Assembly (NCBI RefSeq): GCF_039654945.1
Contig: NW_027361785.1
Span: 14,260,001-14,324,000, forward strand
Direction of reading: 5' to 3'
Length of the DNA: 64,000 bases
DNA from: Dendrobates tinctorius
Lineage: Eukaryota
Shown here: in pieces, positions 1 through 11,438 of the stretch
How the letters are laid out: each line of letters begins with the position of its first letter
Numbering within the stretch: the first letter of the stretch is position 1
Notes under the pieces: model-generated
Database searches by the model: none
The model's input: the letters and a program-made list of their open reading frames with translations, nothing else
What the model was told of the DNA's origin: nothing
Position numbers and translations under genes: made by a program

Positions 1-80
1 GCTCCTGTCCCTGGCTGTCCAGCTGCTGTGTTATTGGGAACACACGGTGTAATAGTCAGCACAGAGCATGTGGACGGGTG

Positions 81-175
81 TCAGCAGGGTCCTGACAGCA
101 GCTCCCATTCTGCTCTCACAGATAGTCCCTCCGAGGTCTGAGGCCACAGAATTTCTCTTCTGGTGCAATGTCCTT
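81..175 (-). CDS. Candidate terminal coding exon of an unidentified host gene ((E)GHCTRREILWPQTSEGLSVRAEWELLSGPC*)
   Basis: Non-repeat-looking sequence; AG acceptor at 177-176; phase-1 start matches the phase-1 end of exon 362-417 across an AT-rich 186-bp GT-AG intron; TGA at 83-81. Weak polypyrimidine tract; protein not recognised. Confidence 0.3.
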
Positions 176-361
176 CTAGGACGATTTTATTATTCATTTA
201 TGTATTATATATATAATGTATGGGATGAAACCCAATTGTAAAAAATTAATTTAATTATTATTTGGTTGGCTTTTTTTTTTACTGCACGTTAATGTAATTT
301 GTGGTCAGATTATACCTATGAGGAGCTCAGAATAGGACAAATAAAAGCGTTATAAACTCAC

Positions 362-417
362 CGTCAGACCTTCCTGGTGGGCTCACTGACAGGTTCTCAG
401 TTAACTCATTCTGCAGC
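362..417 (-). CDS. Candidate internal coding exon (LQNELTENLSVSPPGRSD)
   Basis: Minus-strand acceptor ctctgtgctgcactccctatAG and consensus donor G|GTGAGT; only one of three frames is open. Confidence 0.4.
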
Positions 418-471
418 CTATAGGGAGTGCAGCACAGAGGCTATTGAAGACAAACGGTGCAGAACGTTTAA

Positions 472-804
472 GGCTGTGCCCATAATCCCGAAGAAGCTGC
501 GCTTTGGATGCAGCATGTCCGCTGCCGTCTACTGAACGCGGGTGATTCCGCATGTGATCACTGAATCGTGTGGAATCACCGCGTCTAATACATTGTACGG
601 GTGAGATTTCTCTTGTGGAGGCTTGCGTCTCTGCAAGATAAATAGACATGCTGTGGTCCTGAAAGACGCGCCGCATGTCCGTGTCTGTGGACGCATACTA
701 TGCACGGGACTTCTTGAAATCTCATCTACTATTCTGTAACATCTGGACGCTGCATAAATACGCAGCATCAAACCCGCAGCGATTACTGATCGTGGGCACG
801 TACC
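472..804. mobile_element. PIF/Harbinger-type MITE
   Basis: TAA|GGCTGTGCCCA...TGGGCACGTACC|TTA degenerate TIRs, same end family as 12784-13140. Confidence 0.6.
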
Positions 805-1166
805 TTATAGAAACACTCCCATCAAAGTTTTTATGCTCTTAATATAATCATCACATGGCAACAGGCCAGTCAGCTGCAATGGGGCCCTTGAACTGGGGGG
901 ATGGTGTCGGGAACTGGGCTCCCCCTGCCCGTCATCGCATGTTCAAACAGATTGGCATCCTGGATGCCAATACAGTAGAAATTAATGAGAGGGAGTGTCA
1001 GCTGACACATCCTCAATCATTGTCCTTCAGCATCTGGCATCTCAGTGCAGTGGGCATAATAACGTCACTACATGGAACCCGCGCTGTGCAGAGACGGGAG
1101 CAGTGGGGGAACGAGGAGGTGAGGTGAATATTGTATTATTTCTCAACGTCATGAGTATGTTGTAGT

Positions 1167-1961
1167 GACTATAATAGTGTATGGAGGACGATAGGGAGTA
1201 CATTATGCTGTATGGAAGCCTATAGGGACTGCATTATGCTGTATGGAGGACTATGGGATGTGTATTATACTTTATTGAAGACTATGGGGAGTGTATTATA
1301 CTGTATGGAGGACTATGGAGAATGCATTATACTGTATGGAGGACTATGCAGTTTGCATTATGCTGTATGGAGGTCTATGAGGTGCATTTTATTGTATGGA
1401 GGGCTATGGGGTGCATTATATTCCATGGAGAACTGGGGAGTGCATTATACTGTATGGAGGACTATGAGGGGTGCATTATACTGTGTGGAGGACTATGGAG
1501 AATGCATTATACTGTATGGAGGACTATGCAGTTTTCATTATGCTGTATGGAGGTCTGTGAGGTGGATTTTATTGTGCGGAGGGCTATGGGGTGCATTATA
1601 TTCCATGGAGGACTGGGGAGTGCATTATACTGTATGGAGGACTATGGGGAGTGCATTATACTGTATGGAGGACTATTGACAGTGCTTTATACTGTTTTGA
1701 GGACAATGTAGTTTGCATTATGCTGTATGGAGAACTTTGGGGTGCATTATATTGTATGTAGGGCTATGGGGTGCATTATATTCCTTGGAGGACTGGGGAT
1801 TGCATTATACTGTATGGAGGACTATGGAGAATGCATTATACTGTATGGAGGACTATGCAGTTTGCTTTATGCTGAATGGAGGACTATGGGGTGCATTATA
1901 TTCCATAGAGGACTGGGGAATGCATTATACTGTGTGGAGGACTATGGGGAGTGCATTATAT
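1167..1961 (+). repeat. ~30-bp minisatellite (ctgtatggaggactatggggagtgcattata) with 180-bp higher-order repeat
   Basis: Tandem 28-31 bp units; 1321-1440 and 1501-1620 are near identical at a 180-bp offset. Confidence 0.95.
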
Positions 1962-2759
1962 CATATTCAGCTGGTCAGATTTTATGACATGATGTCATAG
2001 ACCTAATGGAAAACAGAAGAATTAACTGAGTAGAAAGACAAAATGAGCAATTGTAAGTACACAGTGCTATATAATATGATTGCAGTATATTAAGAGGATA
2101 CAAATTTTGATAGGAGGAAAGTGCTTCTTTAATGAAACCGAATTCCAAAAATGATTTTTAGCCCCAATTTTTAGTCTTAAAGGAGGACAAACCCTTTAAC
2201 TTTATCCCAAATTTAGAAAAGTTCTCATAGAGAACCCAAAACAGTTGCTATATCCTTCTAAGATGAATCCCCAGAGCTACGTGTCTGCTTTTTGTGTTAT
2301 CAGAGGAGTCTGACAATAACTCCTCAGTAATAGGTTGTAATGTCTTCTATGAGAACAAGATCAGCACATTATTATAGCGTATCTTCACATTCTGAATAAA
2401 ACCATTCAATGTCGGACTTTGCAGTATAATCATTTTTCTAAATCAGTCTATTACACATGTTTGCTGATATCTGAAGAACGGAGCGCTCAATTCTGTGCTG
2501 CCGGATACAATAAACTCAGCAGCAGCTTATTCCTGCTTCTGGGCTACTGTCCTCAGTGCAGGAGTCAGCGTCAGAAGATTTTACAGCCCTCGCAGTAAGC
2601 AGAATGCTGCTTACTATAGGGTAACTTGCAGAAAATGCCTCGGGCAGTCCTGTAGGTTATCAGCAAAAAATAGTGATTACAAAAATCATCGATTTCTCCT
2701 ATATTTGGATAAAATAAAAGTAACAATCCAGTTGAGACAGATGAATCCCAAGTCTAAAC

Positions 2760-5390
2760 AAGAGAGGCCCTTCCTGATCACAAATATCTTACTGATTGAA
2801 CCTGATTTCACACTGGATATTTTTCAGGCCGTGGATGGATCTTCCTAAATATGACCTAGCATTTGGCCTGACCCGTCATCATATAGACTGAAAAACATTA
2901 TCTTCCAACAAGTCCTGTCATCGATTTGCAAAGTCTCCCTCGCTTCAGTTTCTTAAGTCAGAGGCTTGCAGATATTATTGAACTAACTTTCCAAGATCTT
3001 AAACTGATCTCAGATTGTATTTGTGGTTTTCCATTAGACACCTTAAAATTAGCTTTTAAGAATCTTGCTTAAATCCAACATTACTGTAAGAGCACTTTGA
3101 CGTAAAGTGACTGTGAGCACAGAATGACTGTTCAAACCAAGCACAGGAGCTCGGTGCATCCTTGGCATGGCTAAATCTTGAAGTGCACCTTCCCGCCTGC
3201 TTATTTTCCCTGTATCTCTACCCCTCTCTCCTTCACTTGACAAGTCTGGATTTATAGAGGCGGAGATAGATGGAAAACAAGCATGTAGGAAGGTGCATGT
3301 TCTGCCCATTCTGTGCAGCAAGATATTTTTAAGTGCTGTTCCAGCTATCACCAGTAGGTGTTATAGTTGCCATTCTCTTTCTTATTCATGTGTTTGGAAT
3401 CTTCTGTTCCCCCAAATGGTTAACTATTCAGAACCGCCCCTTCGGTTTTGCAGCATATAACCATTCCTGCCAAACTCCTGAGTAACCCACATGTGCTCAG
3501 CTCCATGCAAAACCACTGCTTATAACAAGTGGATTCCGGTAAGGTTCAATGCATTGATGTAAACTATGCTATGCATCTGTGTTAGCTGGCCATAATGCAT
3601 GCCTCATGATGTTTGCAATGCATGTTCAGCTCCTGTAATGCTATTACACTGCATGATAGTTATATGCATCCTCTTGTCAGTGAGTGCAAAGCTGGCAGCC
3701 TTTAGTTGTTTTAGATATCTTTCTCTTTTACTGCTGTGTATGTTGTATTGCTCAGCTTCTATGATGCCTGCTACCGATATAACAGCATCCTGTATCATTG
3801 CTACTGTTGTGATAGTACCTTGTATTGCTGTGATTACCTGCCAGTATTTGTGTATTGAATATTATCTACCAGTACTGACATGCTGCATTATCTGTTTTCT
3901 TACAGTTTTTACCTGAATCATCTATAACTGTGCTCTTCAATCTCTGATATTATCTACAACTTTGTACAACAACCCCTGATCTCATCTACTACTGTGGTCT
4001 ACTATACCATCTGTTATCATCTCCCATTGTTGTCCATATCATCCCAATAACTATAGACTTAAGCACCCATACAGTCTTGTTTCTGGGAGTAGATGAAAGG
4101 TACATATGCTGGAATCCACACAGCGTCATACATGGATGAAGGCAGTACAGTGCACTTCAATATTTGGCTACCCCAAGCGTTCACCCAGCGCCTGTACTTG
4201 GTTTGAAGAGTCTGTGCTGACAGCCTCCATTTAAAGAATGAACAGGTGACGTATCAAATAAACAGTTGTGCTCCCTGCCATTAGAAACAGTTTTTTTAGA
4301 CCTCAACGTATTAAGATTGTGAAACCACTGGCTGAAGACTAGCGTTTTTGTTTTCCCTGGTCCAATACAAATCAGTATCATTATCCCTCCAGTAGATGCT
4401 CTCCTAATTTTAGGTGAAAACGATAAAACTAAAATTTATCCCTCAACAGGGAAATAGAGACTCTGGATTAAAGAAAATGAATGACTCCTCCAAGAATCTT
4501 TAATGAATTCAGGCTACATTCCTATGGGTGTATGGCTTTCAAGATTATGCAACATCTGGGAGGCATCAACTTCAGACTCCTGGGTGGCTTTCCTGTATTC
4601 GGAGAGGATATTTCTTGGAATTAAAGATTCTTCTCTCACCAAATGCTCAATACTTCAGTTATATTCCATCTACTAGACAATTTTTGAGGGAAAAGGATTG
4701 GAAGAAATTCCTTGTTACTAAAGTGGTTTAGAAATGTGTTCCAGGATCTTCACTGTGCTGAAGCTCAACAATCAGTGGAGACATTATAGCCACTCGCGAT
4801 GTGGATAAAGTGATCAGTTTTAAAGATGGTTCCCAGACATTTCAAGGCCCACCACAAATGCAACTTTAATGACTTAAAAATTTGAGCTATCGATAGACTA
4901 CGTGTTGGCATAAGGGGAGGAGATATGAAACGTCTGTTAGCACAAGTTGGATTATGGTTCTGGGTAGCGTGGTACCAGCTAGCCTTAATGAACAATTAAG
5001 TTTTGTTCCTTTTTTTGTATTCAATGTTGTTTCTGGGTTCGGATTTTAATCTGTGTTTTTTGTCTTTTAGTTTGTTTTTAATTTTCTCATGACTCTTGAC
5101 CACCTACTGTGAATATCCTCTCCACTCCTCTGTAGTGCTACGGTTATGTATAGAGCTGGCTACTCTTAGTTCGCACCTGTACACACCAGTTTTCTGATTT
5201 GGAAGTGCCAGTCAATCTTTTGTTATTTGTATATTAGCTTTCTGACCGAGCACTCCACCCTCCAGACTGTGGCGGTTTTTATTACAGCAGGATCCTACCT
5301 ACCCATAAATTCAGGTTTTAACCTAAGAGAGGATTCACATTAGCCAGGTTCCCAGCAAACTGGAGATCGCCTTGTCGTTGGCTGCTGGGC
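2760..5390 (+). mobile_element. Decayed DIRS-like retrotransposon relic (ORF1 and RT N-terminal remnants), interrupted by a solo LTR
   Basis: Degenerate translations: WMDLPKYD and DTLKLAFK..VRAL*RK (cf. DIRS ORF1 RRALWLK); GWLSCIRRGYFLEL at ~4580-4623 (cf. DIRS RT WVL..I..GY.LEF). Boundaries approximate. Confidence 0.45.
3298..4149 (+). mobile_element. Solo LTR (852 bp)
   Basis: TGTTCTGCC...GGCAGTACA termini; perfect 5-bp TSD GTGCA (3293-3297, 4150-4154); inverted homologue at 11439-11908. Confidence 0.85.
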
Positions 5391-5909
5391 ATGCATGAAT
5401 TGGCCAAATTATGTGCTAAGTATCTCCATTTTTTCTTATTATCTAGAGCATTATTGCTATTCATATTTCATATATTACATATTTACATGCTTTAGCACTA
5501 TAGAGGGCAACTTTATTTTTTTGTATAGTAGATCTCACATATCTCATCAAATTTCTTCTACAAAGAAAATTCAAAATAACCTCTATAAAATCCATCATCC
5601 AATATGCGTATCATACAAGCAATCAAAAGTGCGTCATTTACTGTTAGGGAGTCAGGTTTCTGCGGTCGCTATGCAGGAATCCAGACCCTCACATTCTGCA
5701 GTCTCCTGCTCTTTGTCCACTGCAGAGGAGATTGCAGAGGAGATTACCTTGCAGCAAATCTCTCCTGAGGTTAAGTCCTTCTCTCCTCTTACTGAGCATG
5801 CTCATTGGACGATCTCCCATTGGAGATCGGGAGTCATGTGCTCAGGTCCTGCTCCAAATCTCATTTGTCCATCTCAGAGATCTGGAGGCGTGCGGATGGT
5901 CCCGGCTGC

Positions 5910-5949
5910 TATAAAAGGCACGCATGGCTGTTCCGCCATGCGCTAGTAT
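5910..5949 (+). promoter_or_regulatory. LTR TATA box and predicted transcript 5' end (self-primer)
   Basis: TATAAAA at 5910-5916; GCGCTAGTAT 30 nt downstream (5940-5949) is the reverse complement of the PBS at 6498-6507. Confidence 0.7.
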
Positions 5950-6523
5950 AGACATAATGCTGCTGAGTGAATGTTTGATGGATGCATGATCTGGTGAATG
6001 ACTCATTTGAAACCCCTTCCCTTTGATAATACGCTTGTGTGAGGGATTGAGTGCCAGCGCGCTATTGCTCCATACTCAGCTGCTAGCATCCGACATTGCG
6101 CCTGCGCCATAGCAGTGTCGTTGAGTGGCAGTATTCACGCCGCGCTGCAGTAGCAGCCCACTTGAGCGCTCGCGGCTGCGACGCTATATACTCGGACACA
6201 CACGGTAGGTCTAGAAGGACTTAGTGCCGCCATCTTGGGCTATTCCTGTGACCACTTACCGTGTGTATTATTGCTCTGAGCTCCTGTGACCCTAACAGGC
6301 TCAGTACTTTATGTTTTCGCCATCTCTGTGACTAAACAGCAATTGCTTTGCGCACCAGGGTGAAGGCTAACCCCGTGCGCACCTCCGCCATATTGCTCTG
6401 CCACCGTCTAGCAGTGGTTATACCACCTACCGCACGGTGGACCCCTAGCGGCGAACGCACTTTATATTTTTATTTAGTGCTTTCCGCCGTTCCTAACATA
6501 CTAGCGCCAGGGTCTGGCTAGTG

Positions 6524-7836
6524 ATGGCAGAACAGCAGCAACTCTTGCAGTGCATTCGGCAGCTTGAGGGCCAGTTGGCCACTCTTGAGATGGCTCTCTC
6601 AGCTGCGCAATCCACCGAAGCTGCTGTGCAAGCAATCACTGACGTGGTTCGCGTATGTCCACGTCCTCCCACGCGCCGACAGTTACCCGCCTCCCGTTGC
6701 CCGATAAATTTTCTGGCGATGGCGCCTCCTGTAGGGGTTTCATCAGCCAGTGCTCTATTCAGCTGGAGCTACTGGCTGCGTGATTCCCTACCGAACGGGC
6801 CAAGGTGGGGTTTATTGTATCCCTTCTGTCGGGCAAGGCGTTGGCGTGGGCTACGCCACTATGGGAGCGTGGTGACCCAGAGGTTCGGACTGCTGCTCAG
6901 TTTTTAACAGCTATTAAGCAGGTCTTCCTCGGTCCACGGGTCACGCACGACACCTCTCTTCAGCTTCTGGCTTTGACCCAGTGATCCCTCTCGGTTAGTC
7001 AGTATGCCGTTCGTTTTCGGACACTGGCTTCCGAGCTGGAGTGGTCTGACAAAGCCCTTATCCCTGTGTTTTGGAGAGGTTTGGCAGAGCACGTCAAAGA
7101 TGCTCTCTCTACCAGAGAGGTACCCGCAACTTTGGAGGAGCTGATTGCCATTTCCACCCGCATTGACCTCCGTTTTTCAGAGCGCGGTATGGAGCGTGCT
7201 CAATCCAAGCAGAAGGGTTCCTCAGCTCCCAACTTTTTTGAGCCTCTGGAACCACCCGAGCCAGAATTTCCACCTCCTGAGCCCATGGAGGTGTCACGTG
7301 CCGTTCTCGAGGCGCGTCCGGCACAAGACTCCATTTGCGGTTACCGTTGTCAACATGCTGTTGCTCCGGACGGCTGCGCCCCGCAATGGCCAAGCTCTGT
7401 GCCGCCGGGTAAGACCTTTGTCCCTCATCACCTTCGGCCGAGGGTTCTCGCGTGGGCACACGCTTCCAGGAGGGGTGGTCACTGCGACTATATGCAGACC
7501 ACAAAACTCCTGGCTGGGTCTTATTGGTGGCCGCACAGGGCTCGGGATGTAAAAAAATATATTCGGGCCTGTGCCTTTTGTTCACGGGATAGCCTCTCCA
7601 AACGGAGAGTGGCGATGTCCGCCGACACACGGCGGCGTCCTACTTTAACTTCTGCTCCCGTTGTCTCCCATGTGTCCCTTCTCAAACCTGGTGATCTTGC
7701 CATCCCTGATGCCTTCCGCGTGTCCCGGGTTTCCTTGTCACCTACCCGGACATCAGACTTGCCTTCGGACGAGTCTGAGGCCTACGCCACTAAAAGGCAT
7801 AAGTTGGTTGGTCGGAAGTCTCGGGGGGGGCCCTAG
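6524..7836 (+). pseudogene. gag: Disrupted PEG10/RTL1-like Gag fused in frame to integrase HHCC zinc-binding domain
   Basis: Gag motifs LPDKFSGD..CRGFISQC, KVGFIVSLLSGKALAWATPLWE, YAVRFRTLASELEW, FWRGL..VKD; one frameshift ~6640-6690 and TGA at 6781 and 6982; then PPGKTFVP..WAH..GGH..YWWP..DV..YIRACAFC and HVSLLKP. Confidence 0.85.
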
Positions 7837-8177
7837 GAGGGGGGGTAATGTTAGGAGTCAGGTTTCTGCGGTCGCTATGCAGGAATCCAGACCCTCACAT
7901 TCTGCAGTCTCCTGCTCTTTGTCCACTGCAGAGGAGATTGCCTTGCAGCAAATCTCTCCTGAGTCCTTCTCTCCTCTTACTGAGCATGCTCATGGGATGA
8001 TCTCCCATTGGAGATCGGGAGTCATGTGCTCAGGTCTTGCTCCAAATCTCATTTGTCCATCTCAGAGATCTGGAGGCGTGCGGAAGGTCCTGGCTGCTAT
8101 AAAAGGCGCGCATGGCTGTTCCGCCATGCGCTAGTATAGACATACTTGCTGCTGAGTGAATGTTTGATGGATGCATG

Positions 8178-8933
8178 TGTAGGGAAGGTGACCTGACAGA
8201 CGGACGGACTTGTCAGAATAGAGAAAGAAAGGTTTGCACAGTTTAGACAGGTGTCAGTTATAACAGTGGGAAAACAGCTAGGAAAGTGTAGTGGACGTGC
8301 AGTACCTTGGGTTGACCATTAGAGGGCAGGGAGGAGTGTGAGCATAGGACTTGACATCAGCTTAGGGCTTAAGAAACCGTTGGTCATGGGGGGCGGAGTC
8401 AGAGGGAATTGGGAAAGTTATAAATTTGACAGGAGGGTTCCAGAAAGTTCCAGTCCCCAGGGGGAGCTCAAGTGGCAGGAAGACTGCCACAGTTTGTGCA
8501 CTGTGAGGAAAACCAAACCAGGGGGGATTGAGGAGAGAGAAAGTCAGGGGAGTGGTCCTCACTCAAGGTACCGCAATATAGACGAGGCACAGAGGTGAAG
8601 CATACCGTATTAAGGAAGATGACTGACCAGTAAAATTACTGTTGGTTTATGGGCCTATGGTGGCCACAGTGACGGACCTGTCAGGAGCGTCAATAAGTGA
8701 AGAAGGGACGGTGCGTACATGTACGTCCCTGGTGTGAAAGTACGGTGTGCACAACGGGTCCTAGAAACGGAGGGCCGTGAAGTGAAGTGCGGTGTACTTC
8801 TGAGGCCGTCAGGCGGATGGCGAGTGAATAAACTTGGACCTGTTGTACCCGACACTTGCCTCCATCGTGTCTCTGTTACGTCTCTGCGCGGTAAGAGAGG
8901 GACCACCCCCCAGTCCGGCCCACCAACCCTACA
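8178..8933. mobile_element. Solo LTR (756 bp) inserted in the 3' LTR
   Basis: TGTAGGG...CCCTACA; 4-bp TSD CATG (8174-8177, 8934-8937); absent from the 5' LTR. Confidence 0.9.
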
Positions 8934-10930
8934 CATGATCTGGTCAATGACTCATTTGAAACCCCTTCCCTTTGATAATACGCTTGTGTGAGGGATTGAG
9001 TTACTACCAGTGCCAGCGTGCTATTGCTCCATACTCAGCTGCTAGCGTCCGACATTGCGCCTGCGCCATAGCAGTGTCGTTGAGCGGCAGTATTCACGCC
9101 GCGCTGCAGTAGCAGCCCACTTGAGCGTTCGCGGCTGCGACGCTATATACTCGGACACACATGGTAGGTCTAGAAGGACTTAGTGCCGCCATCTTGGGCT
9201 ATTCCTGTGACCGCTTACCGTGTGTGTTATTGCTCTGAGTTCCTGTGACACTAACAGGCTCAGTACTTTACGTTTTCGCCATCTCTGTGACTAAACAGCA
9301 ATTGCTTTGCGCACCAGAGTGAAGGCTAACCCCGTGCGCACCTCCGCCATATTGCTCTGCCACCGTCTAGCAGCGATTATACCACCTACCGCACGGTGGA
9401 CCCCGAGCGGCGAACACACTTTATTTATATTTTTATTTAGTGCTTTCCGCCGTTCCTAACATTTACTTTCAGTTCATGTGCCTTTTATTTGGCATGCCTT
9501 CTTTCCCCTGGGGTCTTCACAAAAGTAATTGAAGTCTGGCAGCTCTCAGAATGTAAGAGACTTTTTCTGGTCTAATATCTTGATGATCGCCTCCTAAAGA
9601 CCCCAAGTGTAGACGTCATTGCTTCTGTAACACAACGGTTTTCATTCATTTTCTACCGGAGTAATGCAAACGGTGTAGCTATCCCATCTCGGATGATTCC
9701 ATGGCTCCTTCTCCAGTTTTGATGCCTGGATGGGGTTTTCTCTTTCATAGCCATGAAAGAGTGAGAAAGGAATAACCCTTTAACCACTCTTGTTTTGTTC
9801 TGTACTAGTAGATGGGCGGCAAAACAAACCGAGATATTATTGTGCTGACTTCAGATTCAAGAAAAGGAAATGAACTATGCCGAGCTGCCTGTCCCCAGGT
9901 CAATACAGTGCTGGCGTACGTCCAAAGCAAACACTATATCAGTCATTTAATACTAGTAATACTCCCCTTTCACGAACCTATATTTCTTCAGAACTGTGCT
10001 CTCACATTACACATAAGGGAAGTCTTGGCGGTTCTGCTTTTGCTTTCTGCTGAGTTTTATTTCATTTTTACTTCCTCCCCAAAAATAAATTTTCTACAAC
10101 TTTTTGAAATGTTGGAATCTAAATTTCCTAGACCTCAGAACAGGAAATTTGCCATGTTATGTGATAATGCATCCCTTGTGTTTTTATGGGTGGAAAACTA
10201 GACAAATCTGTTGGTCATGGCTTCAATGGAAGCGATATCAATGGCTAGTCATCTTTAGCATTAGAAATGTATAAGCTTACCATACAGACTAGATGAGCAT
10301 TGTTCAGGAGACAGTTATCTCACCCTCAATGGTTAATTGATTGCACCAAAACGTACATTAGGATCTCAAAGGAAAGCTATCATCAGAAAATTACGGTTTT
10401 GTTTTAAATGTAATATTTTTTTATTTTTGGCAGTGTATTTTTGAAATTCACAATCTGTATTAAAAACGTAAGATACAATTTTCACACTGGTCTCTGGTGA
10501 TTTTTTTACACTCATACTTCCTGTTGTATCAGGAAACAATACATGTACATTAGCCTCAGTGGTCAGAGTGGGATCAAGGTCAGCTGTGACATCACCTATT
10601 GTGATTGGTGGATTCTCTGTTACCAGCTGTGTCTGGTATTAGTGTAATATGGCCTCTGAAAATAAGGAGCCTTGTTAGAAACTGAAAGAACAGGATGTAT
10701 AAATCTAAAATAGCCTCAGTGACCAGAGTCAAAATGACTAGACTACTAATTTTGTTTTTTAAAGGGAATCCGTCAGTAGGATCAACACTCCTAAGCCGCA
10801 CGCAGGTCATAGGAAGCTGAATAATGTGATACCTTGATATCTGCGATCCGATGTTTTATTCCTAAAGAAATCAACATTTTCTTAAAATGTAAATAACTTG
10901 TTAAGATCTTTGGGCCTGACATAGATCTAC

Positions 10931-11388
10931 TCACGAGGAAGGAAATCCTATCAATGAAACAGTAATAGCAGCAAGGATAGATAGGTTTTGCTGCCTACTA
11001 ACTTTTAATTTAATTGTCTAAAATAAGGGGAAGCATATAAATGGACAAAACATCACACAACAAATATGATAATGTGCTCAAGATCTCAACAGTGCACATA
11101 AATAAAATGTTTCGGTCTCACCCCTTGGTTGTCCAGAGCTAGCAGTCCATAATCATAGGACAGTCCCAAAGTATGGTCCTGTCGTCCTATAGTATGCCCC
11201 TTAATTCCCTCGATGCATTTCATCCATTGGTTACAGTGGACTCATCGAGGAGTATGAGAATATATTTAAGTTATGAGAAGGTTCAGATGTTAGTCATCAG
11301 AACAAAACTATTCTAGTGTTGCCCAGATGCAGGGGAGACCCTATTGCGTCGTCAGAGTCTTGCACAACTATAAAAATTCTAGCAAAGG
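10931..11388 (-). mobile_element. Short Penelope-like/retrozyme-like insertion
   Basis: 8-bp TSD AGATCTAC (10923-10930, 11389-11396); carries a hammerhead-like motif; no ORF. Confidence 0.55.
11207..11251 (-). ncRNA. Degenerate minimal hammerhead ribozyme-like motif
   Basis: Minus strand cctcGATGA GTCCA ctgtaaccaa TGGAT GAAA TGCA TC gaggg: helix II plus GAAA and palindromic helix III; the core deviates from CUGAUGA. Confidence 0.45.
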
Positions 11389-11438
11389 AGATCTACCTGA
11401 GAATCTGCCTCCAGAGCTTATTTTAAATGAAATAGGGC

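Larger units (their letters stand above)
5642..9461 (+). mobile_element. Non-autonomous chromovirus-type Gypsy LTR element (5' LTR 5642-6498; 3' LTR 7849-9461, interrupted)
   Basis: Two highly similar TGTTAGG...CCTAACA LTRs; TSD TTTAC (5637-5641, 9462-9466); PPT GGAGGGGGGG before 7849; only 1.35 kb internal region. Confidence 0.95.

Noticed and set aside
1212-2000. Four repetitive ORFs
   Set aside because: Translations of the 30-bp minisatellite.
2990-3180. Possible tyrosine-recombinase motifs (RSKTD/HSTR-like)
   Set aside because: Require several edits; the segment fits DIRS ORF1 and its position upstream of RT better.
3599-3916. Hydrophobic 105-aa ORF
   Set aside because: Low-complexity interior of a solo LTR.
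5395-5946. 183-aa ORF and its echo at 7661-8134
   Set aside because: Read-through into LTR sequence; the similarity is the LTR duplication.
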